19,154 nt of DNA from Ginkgo biloba (lineage: Eukaryota > Plantae > Ginkgophyta): NCBI GenBank assembly GCA_024626585.2, contig JANKJI020000002.1:244695441-244714594 (forward strand), given 5' to 3'. The first letter of the stretch is position 1; each line of letters begins with the position of its first letter. A program made the translations under genes and the position numbers. Positions 11,392 to 19,154 of this stretch are shown here, in pieces. The notes under the pieces were generated by a model that was not told the origin of the DNA, ran no database searches, and saw only the letters and a list, made by a program, of their open reading frames with translations.

Positions 11392-12998
11392 TGATGCAAG
11401 ATCATCCCTGTAGCACTCGTTGGGGTGCACAATTTTGCTAAGTATTTGTAGAGCCTACATAGTGGCAGCATTTTGCAAAATCGACAAGCGTTTTGAAAAG
11501 GAGGGCTTCATCGAGCGAAGAAGATAATCAAAGGAAGGAAGCTCATGGAAATGAACACCGCTGAAGACCAACAATGTCGATGACCAACACCGACAAGCAC
11601 CCAAACCAACAAGAGGTTGTATGACCGACACCGATAGAGGTGACTGACAAGGAATGTGGTAGTTGTGTGTCGATGGCTGACGAGTCTTATGAAAAAATAA
11701 TCACCAACAGAGAATTAGATAGCTAGGGGGTGAAGGCCGACAGCAGTGGCGCACAATGTTCGACACCGACATGAAAGGGATCCCTGATGACACCAAAGGA
11801 AGGATAAGGAAAACCGACAGGGAGGATAAGGTGATAGACAAAGTCCAACAACAGGATGGAGGAAACCGACGACCGTTGAAGACCCACACCGAAAAGAGAA
11901 AAGAGAGGAGGCGATAGGTGAATGATTAATGAAGCCACCATTAATGCACAACCACCAGAGGTTTGAGCGGGAAAGTTAGGTGGAGCTTAAACGTAGGAGC
12001 CAAAGAGGAAGAAGGAAGAAGCGAAACATAATCATTGGAAGCATTACTGAGAGGAATCGTTGGAGAAGGGTCTAATCTCACCAACTAGAACGTTGGAGGG
12101 AAGCGCGAGGCGAGAGGATTTGAACCTGATTATTTAAGCGGAAAGGAGGAGAGAGAAGGGAATTTTTTCTTTTCGATGTCACGGGAGAAGAATCGAGCAG
12201 TCGAGAACAGAGAGGAAGCAAAGGGAACGAGAGCCTAGCAGAGCAAGAATAGATCGTCAGATGTGAGGCAATTCCCTGCAATTAACTCCGAGGCGTAGGT
12301 AAGCCAGACAAATCACCAAGTGCAAGGCAATCTGAGAAGCAATTGGGGTGTCATAGTTGGACAACGCTTGTAGGACCCCAAGTTTTGGAGCCAACGGATT
12401 GAAGCACTATGGGAAAGATTGGGGAGATTAAGCAGACTGCCGACGAGAGGTAGCTTGAGTAGACGATTTGATGCACCGACTGAAATGTGCGTCTGCAAGA
12501 TTTCTTAGTGTTGAAATCAATTGACTGAATGTAATCACCTTTAATAGTGGGGTTGCCTTGTAATTGTTGAATGTAATCTTTCTTGCTTTGAAGATAATAC
12601 TATCCTGGAGTTTTATTTCCCATGAGGGTTTCTCCAATTCAAAAATGGTCCCTGTATCTTTGTGTATCTTTATGCATAGATGGCCTTGGTGTTAATTTGA
12701 CTAGCCAGCACTTTTATCGGTTTGGAAGGTATATACCTATTGCCCGTGAGAGGCTTGTTTCGAATTTACCTTTTCGCGTGTGTCATCAAAGGTTCAATCT
12801 AACCGACAACATTTGACAGACTTTGGCGCTCGGATTAGTGGTTCATTGACGACATCGACGAAGTCTGTCTGCTGAGATCCTAGGGCAGCTGGCGACGATG
12901 GTTGATTTATGTTGAGCGTTGTCACCGACGAGTGAAGTTAGTACAGCATGTCGTCAACAAGCAACATGAAGTAGGACAACTGCCCATCGACTGCATCA
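11392..12998 (+). repeat. 5' LTR (1607 bp) with 7-bp terminal inverted repeat TGATGCA...TGCATCA
   Basis: It starts tgatgcaag at 11392 and ends ctgcatca at 12998, 2 nt before the PBS. TGATG/CATCA ends are characteristic of CRM elements. The 5 bp on the left flank (gtata, 11387-11391) is the predicted TSD. No partner LTR is in the window, so the 5' edge rests on the inverted repeat and the composition shift. Confidence 0.82.
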
Positions 12999-13000
12999 TC

Positions 13001-13012
13001 TGATATCAGAGC
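13001..13012 (+). promoter_or_regulatory. Primer-binding site complementary to the tRNA-iMet 3' end
   Basis: tgatatcagagc versus canonical TGGTATCAGAGC (11/12, one G to A change), directly after LTR end CATCA plus tc and about 50 nt before gag. Confidence 0.88.
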
Positions 13013-13062
13013 ACAGTCAAAGCTCACTAAAGGCATTGTATACTTAAGAGGGGAGATCAAAG

Positions 13063-14167
13063 ATGGCAGCCACGGTGGACAAAACAATGAACCAAGTAGT
13101 TGAAGCCTTAGTGAGAAAGTCGAAGAGCTCGAGAACGAGTTGCGCAGACGAAGACCAGTAGGTAATGATGAGTTAGAGCCAGAACAACAAGAACCTAACC
13201 CATAGTATCTGTTAACAAGGTTGTTGAAGAGCAACAAAAGGGGAGCAAGAGTGGAGGTTCCAAGTTTCAGGGGAAGCTTGAAGCCTAAAGATCTATTAGA
13301 CTAGGTTGGAGTGATGGAAAAGTACTTCAACTGGGAAGAGATAGAAGACCCCAAGAGAGTAAAATTTGCATGCACCCGATTAAAGGGGCATGCAGCTATC
13401 TAATAGGAACATCTGCAAAAAGAAAGAACTCAGAAAGGAAAAGAGAAGATTTAGACATGGCAGAATATGGTCACTAAGCTCAAAGGGAAATTTCTACCTA
13501 TAGATTATGGCTAGAGATTGTTTTGATAATTTTGAATCTGAGATAGAGAGACAAGAGCGTACCTTTTTACACCAACAAATTTTATAAGTTATCCATTCAA
13601 AGTAGACACAATGAGAGTGAAGAACAATTGAAAATAAGGTATGTGAATAGATTGAATTTTTCCATTCAAGATGAGATCGCCATGCATCAAATCAGGATGG
13701 TGGAATAAGCATACTAGTTAGAACTAAAAGTTGAGGACAAATTATCCATAAGCATAAGGAAATTCCTAGTTATGAGGGGAGAAAAATCCTTTATCTGAAA
13801 GTGGAGAGAAGACACCAAGAAATGGAGTGGAGAGAGAAGTTTCAAGAGTGAAAGAAAAAGAGGGAATCAATAGAATATATTGACAAGACCAAGAGAAGAA
13901 GTTTGTACTCAGTGAATGAGAGGTCTATGTGAGTTTGTCCATTAGAGAGGTAGAGGAGTTGGTATAGGAGTTAATGCACCAAGGATATTGATAATCTATT
14001 ATAGGTGTGTCATAGAAGGTCGATGATCATTCAAGTGTCAAGAAAGAGACAAAGATAACTTGATACAAGAGGAGCTAAGGGAGAACCTAGTTTAAGAAGA
14101 AGGAAATATAGAGTATGTGAAACCTAAGAAGTTAAAAATACTAATATAAAATAAGATTCTATTGGCT
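13063..14167 (+). pseudogene. gag: CRM-type gag pseudogene with zinc knuckle remnant
   Basis: ARVEVPSFRGSLKPKDLLD*VGVMEKYFNWEEIEDPKRVKFACTRLKGHAAI**EHLQKERTQKGKEKI*TWQNMVTKLKGKFLPIDY...NLR*RDKSV..YTNKFYKL...ESEEQLKIRYVNRLNFSIQDEI...AY*LELKVEDKL. The knuckle remnant IYYRCVIEGR*SFKCQ is at ~13993-14040. Stops and frameshifts occur throughout. Confidence 0.92.
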
Positions 14168-14427
14168 NNNNNNNNNNNNNNNNNNNNNNNNNNNNNNNNN
14201 NNNNNCAATAAATAACCCAATATTTTTAGATATTTAGTTAATAAAGGATAGAGGGATAACAACAAATGGGGAAAATAATAGGTTGATAAGAGACCAAATA
14301 CTGTCGACAAGAGGTGATAAATGAATAAAAGTGATCAAATTTAGTTAGATAAAGGGGAGAAAATATAAATAGGTGCCAAACTAATGAATTATATTCGATG
14401 AATAAGATGGATCAATGNNNNNNNNNN

Positions 14428-14966
14428 AAACTTGTAAAAACTAGATGTACATCTGGAGGAAAAGGCTACAAGTTAATCACTGATGGAGGTAGTTGTAAAA
14501 ATATGGTGTTAGTAGAGATGGTTCAAAAGATGGGATTACCATACCAAAGGCATGATACACAATATCAAATTTTGTGGTTTAATAAATAAGGAAAGATCAT
14601 AGTTAAGGAGAGGTACCCAGTAGAATTCTAGATGGAAAATTTAAATGATTAAGTATCGTGTGGTGTCATGCTAATGTATGCTTGTCACTTATTATTGGGA
14701 TGACCATGTTAGTTTGATCAATGAGTGGTGCATGATGGAATAAATAACACCTACACCTTCACCAAGGATGAAAGGAGATTTGATCTATTGCCATTATAAG
14801 ATGAAGAACCAACTAAAGTCATTCTATTAATGAAGCAATTCATGAAGAATAAGTCACTAGCTCATGCTATGCATTAGTGGCAAAGAAGGTGGATATGGAG
14901 CAATAGAGGAAAGTGATAGAAGAAGATATGGGAGTATTGGAAGAGTAGAATAATATCACATAAGAG
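14428..14966 (+). pseudogene. pol: CRM-type aspartic protease plus PR-RT linker (copy A)
   Basis: KLVKTRCTSGGKGYKLITDGGSCKNMVLVEMVQKMGL...YQILWF...V*CGVMLMYACHLLLG*PC*FDQ*VVHDGINNTYTFTKD. This corresponds to the consensus IIDGGSxxN...CDVxPMDACHLLLGRPWQFD..HDG.NTY (the residue before CGV reads S, from W). Confidence 0.88.
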
Positions 14967-15066
14967 NNNNNNNNNNNNNNNNNNNNNNNNNNNNNNNNNN
15001 NNNNNNNNNNNNNNNNNNNNNNNNNNNNNNNNNNNNNNNNNNNNNNNNNNNNNNNNNNNNNNNNNN

Positions 15067-16345
15067 AGGAGAAATAGAAGTGAGTGAAAGGTGTTTAGTC
15101 ACATTTCAAATTAGGAATTATCATGACCAAGTATGGTGCGATGTTGTCCCAATGGATGTGTGCCATATAATTCTGAGAAGACCTTGGTAGTTTGACAGGA
15201 AAGAAATGCATGATGGAAGGAAGAATATGTACACCATCACTAAAGACAACATGATATTTGAATTGATCCCCTTGAGAGAAGAAGCGTTGTAGCAGTCTAT
15301 TTTATCCACTAAGCAATTCATAAGACATATTTAGATGACTAGTGCCTATAATTCTTTGGTATCCAAAAAGGTAGAGAAGGAACCATAGAGATAAATTTGA
15401 GTTGAGTTAAGAGAAATCTTGGAGGAGTATAAGGATATCACTTTGAATTAATTACTAGTGAGATTATCGCTTGATAGGGGTATAATATATCATATCGACT
15501 TGATTCTTGGTTCAAGTCTCCCAAATCAATATGTGTATAGGTTGAGTCCTTAAGAGAATGAGGAGATGAATAGACAGGTTCAGGGGTTGTTGGAGAAAGG
15601 ATTTATTTAGGAAAGTTTAAGTCCGTGTGCAGTGCTTGTATTGTTAACCCCAAAGAAGGATGGAACATGGTGAATATGTTTTGACTTAAGATCCATCAAA
15701 AAAATTATAATCAAGTACCAATTTCCTATACCATGAATGGATGACATAATGGATTGTTTATCAAGACTGACATATTTTTTAAAGGTAGTTCTAAGGAAGG
15801 GATATTACTAGATTTAAATTAGGGAAGGTGATGAGTGGAAGGAAACATTCAAATTGAGGAATGGGATGGATGAATGAAGAGTCATTCCATTTAGGTTTTT
15901 GAATGTGCCAAGAACATTCATGTAGTTGATGAATGCAGTCCTGAGATAACTCATAAGAAATATGTCATTATATACTTGGACAAAATCCTAGTCTTTATAT
16001 AATTTATTGGAGAGCATGTGGAACACCTCAAGCAAGTGTTTGATATTATCGGAAAGGAGAATCTATTTGTAAATTTGAATATGTATAGTTTCTTTCAACA
16101 GAGTTAAGTGTACTTTTGATTTGTCATTTCCCAAGAAGGATTATGAGTGGATCCAGAGAAGATGAAGATAATCTTAGAGTAGCCAAAACTAATAAATATC
16201 ACTAAGGAGAGGGATTTCTATAGGTTGGCTAATTTTTATCATAATTTTATAAGGAATTTTAATACCCTTGTAGTACTTATAATAGATTGTATCAAAGGAA
16301 AGACATTCTAATGGACAAATGCAACACAACATAATTTTAAACTAC
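15067..16345 (+). pseudogene. pol: Second CRM-type pol fragment (copy B): protease C-half, linker and gypsy reverse transcriptase, cut before RNase H
   Basis: DQVWCDVVPMDVCHIILRRPW*FDRKEMHDGRKNMY...[76 protein letters not shown]...GYY*I*IREGDEWKETFK...PFRFLNVPRTFM. The catalytic YxDD is degraded to YLDK at 15973-15984, followed by VDPEK..WTNA. Confidence 0.94.
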
Positions 16346-16445
16346 NNNNNNNNNNNNNNNNNNNNNNNNNNNNNNNNNNNNNNNNNNNNNNNNNNNNNNN
16401 NNNNNNNNNNNNNNNNNNNNNNNNNNNNNNNNNNNNNNNNNNNNN

Positions 16446-17265
16446 ATCACATGTATCATTGAGGAGGATCTCAAAACATTAGATGATAGAAAATGGAGGG
16501 AATTTGAGGAGTGTCATGAGAAAGGTATCTTATAAACTTTAAACCAAGGGAGGATGATGTAAAAGCATCACTAATTTTGTTGAAGATTAGAGTTTTTTCA
16601 TAATTTTGAGGAGGTTGAAAGAACAAGCACGTCATTCAATGATGAATGATGGTGATGTATGATTATTGACAATAAAATGTGATGACAATAATAGAGAGAG
16701 AAATTATGGTTGAATAATAATATAGAGTCCATGGAAGAATGATACGATATTGACTATGATAGCGATGATTGAAAGGGAAGAAAGAATATAAAAAAGACTG
16801 CCCATGATAATTGATAATAGATTGGAAATCAATAAGAGACTTAATAGAGGATAAATATGTATCATAGACTCAAACCTGCACTCAGATAATTAATGGATAG
16901 CATGTGAGCACCTGCGAATAGGGATTTATGATGACCATTAATGTGCACCCACCAAGTTATGAAGTGAGAGAAATTTTTTCTAGAGAACATTCTAGAGAGA
17001 GAGAGAGAGAGAGAGAGAGGATTTATACTACATGGATCTAATTATAAAGGAATAATAAAATATAGGGCTAATACTAGAGAGAGGTCCCTAGAGTGAATGT
17101 ATTATACACTTCCTCAAAATGGAAGTAGTGTATAAGATTTATAATTGTAACCCTTTGGAGAATAGTAATTGAAATATATTATTGTATTTTTTGACATTAA
17201 ATTTGTGTATGGATTATCACTCCTATTACCCTCCATCATAATTGAATTGTTGCATATAAGTTACA
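16446..17265 (+). repeat. LTR-like segment (5' end lost in the gap), probably the 5' LTR of another element
   Basis: It shares accattaatg-NN-ca(a/c)ccacca with the CRM LTR (16934-16954 versus 11937-11957, 18/21). There is a TATA-like tataaa at 17043-17048 and an AT-rich tgtaa tract. It ends ...gttaca at 17265, followed 5 nt later by a decayed Met PBS. Confidence 0.58.
16994..17019. repeat. (AG)13 microsatellite
   Basis: Perfect AG dinucleotide run read directly from the sequence. Confidence 0.97.
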
Positions 17266-17270
17266 TATTT

Positions 17271-17282
17271 TGGTATTAGAGT
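17271..17282 (+). promoter_or_regulatory. Decayed tRNA-iMet primer-binding site (putative)
   Basis: tggtattagagt versus TGGTATCAGAGC is 10/12 and both mismatches are C to T. It sits at the switch from purine-rich LTR-like sequence to C/T-rich internal sequence. Confidence 0.55.
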
Positions 17283-18359
17283 ATCCCTTTGGTATTGAGT
17301 ACCTACATCAGTGGTATTTTGATACAAACCTCAAAATAACTTCCTTATTAGTTTACTTTTCAAAATAACTTACCCATCTATACCATCTCAATGAGCTACT
17401 CATCTAAGAATCCATAATTGACCTAATTTCCATCATAATAGATTCTCTAGAGATCTTATAGTTTTATTACTTGAAATGATGGTTTAAATCAATCAAGTTT
17501 GTTATATAAATCCATATGAATGATATTAACCATTTTATTTGTTCTATTATATAGGGTTATAAGTCTCCCTATTCTCCTTCTCCACTAGCCTTACTTCACT
17601 AGTCATCTCCCCATGCTAGAAGTTCACAACCTCCTATAGGGATTACCCATCTAAATTTTGGTCAATATCTTTTATTAAAAGGGATTACCACAACCCCAAT
17701 TGTGTTTCCATTCATCCTAATAGGATAATTAGAGTACCATTCTAGGNNNNNNNNNNNNNNNNNNNNNNNNNNNNNNNNNNNNNNNNNNNNNNNNNNNNNN
17801 NNNNNNNNNNNNNNNNNNNNNNNNNNNNNNNNNNNNNGAGTAAGGGATTTCCACACATTAAATATCCCCAAGATCTCATGGTGTATTTTGTTTCAATCCT
17901 AACAAGATAATCCTAATGATTCATTTAATGTACCCCTTCAAAAATAATAATAATTATTATATTAGATGTCGAGATTAGCTCTTACATAAGATCCTTCCTA
18001 GAATAGATAAATAATTGTCAATCATGTTTATACATAGATGGCCAATCCTTTTATGAATATTCATTTTCAACAACCAATGTAATAGAAACCCTTCCATTTT
18101 GGAGATAATATTTCACCATAATTTATCCTTCCTTTTGGTGGATCTCTCTTTATTCATATTGATCCTTCCATAATCATATTATTTATGGTACCTTATAGTT
18201 GGCCCTTAGTAAGGGAATATACCCATTTTAGAGGAACCTACTCCATTATAGAACCAAACTATTATTTCTCACATTCAATATATTACATAAGTACATCCTA
18301 CACTCTCTCTAGGATTTAGCATTCCTCCATAATAATAAGTATCTTCATAGAGTGTTCCT

Positions 18360-19154
18360 CCTCCATATGGAGGTTCACAACAACATTCAACTATGCTAAC
18401 TCAATATGGTAGGAAAAATCTAAGCATAAAAAATATTTCACAAATAAGTCCATAATCTAATGTTAAACCTCTTCCATTTGAAGGTCAACAAGTCCCACCT
18501 CCTCCTCCTCTAGGAAGTCAAACTAATCCACATAGCATAGGAAAACAAGTTCCTCCTCATCAAGGGATTCAACCTTTTATTCCTCAACATGGGACACAAC
18601 ATGTTCCTACTTATAATATTCAATAGACTAATACACCTTGATGTTTTGGAGTATAATCCAATCCATATAATACTAATATACCCATTCATAAGTATAACAT
18701 AAGTTTGTATGTCTATACCATAAGGTTTTTCCTAATATCAAAACATTTCGCAATATAATCCATATTATGTTCAATCAAGACTTCACAATTATCCTTATGT
18801 TAACTATAACTAATTTGGGATACCTTTTATAGAAAAAAATATACCACAAGGTTTTATTCACATCTATTTTNNNNNNNNNNNNNNNNNNNNNNNNNNNNNN
18901 NNNNNNNNNNNNNNNNNNATTCAGAATGTACCTCCTAAAAAATCCATTATACAACCATCTTAATAGGTACTATTGGAACCATTCCAAGTTTTTTCAAGTA
19001 ATAAAACTTCAATAAATATTACCTAATATAAGAATGTTTCACATATAATCCATATTATGTTCAACTGAGATATCACACTTGTCCTTCTATTAACTATAAC
19101 CAATTTGGGAAACATCTTATACCACAATAGATGGAAGAAGGGTTTACGAAAATC
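18360..19154 (+). pseudogene. Pro/Gln/Asn/Tyr-rich low-complexity coding relic, probably an N-terminal gag extension of the element starting at 16446
   Basis: From 18483 it reads GQQVPPPPPLGSQTNPHSIGKQVPPHQGIQPFIPQHGTQHVPTYNIQ*TNTP, and later YNPYYVQ...NYN(Q/*)FG twice. There is strong cct/caa/aat/tat codon periodicity, broken by stops and frameshifts. Confidence 0.45.
18731..19120 (+). repeat. Diverged direct repeat of about 100 bp, copies about 290 bp apart
   Basis: 18731-18830 versus 19022-19120 share cctaatat, atataatccatattatgttcaa, ttaactataac and aatttggga. Confidence 0.88.

Larger units (their letters stand above)
11392..14966 (+). mobile_element. Ty3/gypsy chromovirus, CRM (centromeric retrotransposon) clade: 5' LTR, PBS, gag and protease; 3' part missing or beyond the gap
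   Basis: TGATG...CATCA LTR termini, a tRNA-iMet PBS, and CRM-type gag and protease motifs. LTR through gag is gap-free from 11335 to 14167. Confidence 0.88.

Noticed and set aside
11560-11890. CCGAC repeats as a CRISPR array or regular tandem repeat
   Set aside because: The repeat unit is only 6-7 bp with irregular spacing, there are no cas genes, and the context is a eukaryotic LTR.
12823-12900. tggcgct and tggcgac as alternative Arg/Lys-type PBSs
   Set aside because: Neither follows a CA terminus. The Met PBS at 13001 sits right after TGCATCA, which matches the 5' TGATGCA.
11701-13237. Cluster of short minus-strand ORFs (62-99 aa), including 12938..13237
   Set aside because: These are Ser/Leu/Phe/Pro-rich antisense readings of a purine-rich, higher-GC LTR and of the gag start. 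They have no domain motifs and overlap in several frames.
8601-16345. A single hybrid copia-gypsy element or new two-RT system
   Set aside because: The parts are separated by a 100-N gap and by a distinct LTR and PBS. Ordinary nesting or scaffolding explains the layout, and both RTs are dead.
16446-17265. As the 3' LTR of the CRM element at 11392
   Set aside because: It shares only one short box with the 5' LTR, lacks the CATCA end and gtata TSD, and is followed by a PBS-like sequence.

Overview
This is eukaryotic, plant-type repetitive DNA, AT-rich and CpG-depleted, from a fragmented draft assembly with many N gaps (eight are exactly 100 N: 1008-1107, 2729-2828, 3973-4072, 5813-5912, 7489-7588, 11235-11334, 14967-15066, 16346-16445). 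I see no intact host gene, RNA gene or CRISPR array. The window is a graveyard of stacked, mostly + strand LTR-retrotransposon relics. In order: (1) a degenerate Ty3/gypsy gag at ~120-1007; (2) an old LTR-like segment at ~1108-2603; (3) unresolved AT-rich repeat debris at ~2830-8600; (4) a dead Ty1/copia gag-PR-IN-RT at 8601-11234; (5) a CRM-clade chromovirus with a complete 1607-bp 5' LTR (TGATGCA...TGCATCA), tRNA-iMet PBS, gag and protease at 11392-14966; (6) a second, divergent CRM protease-RT fragment at 15067-16345; (7) another LTR-like segment with a decayed PBS and a P/Q/N/Y-rich repeated region at 16446-19154. The gag styles and degree of decay suggest a large, heavily methylated genome, possibly a gymnosperm, but that is inference. 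The most unusual element is the CRM 5' LTR. It keeps about ten times the CpG density of its own contiguous gag and carries ten same-strand RCCGAC (DRE/CRT core) motifs, six of which are also CCGACA (TGTCGG-type AuxRE). I cannot support a claim of a new protein-coding system.
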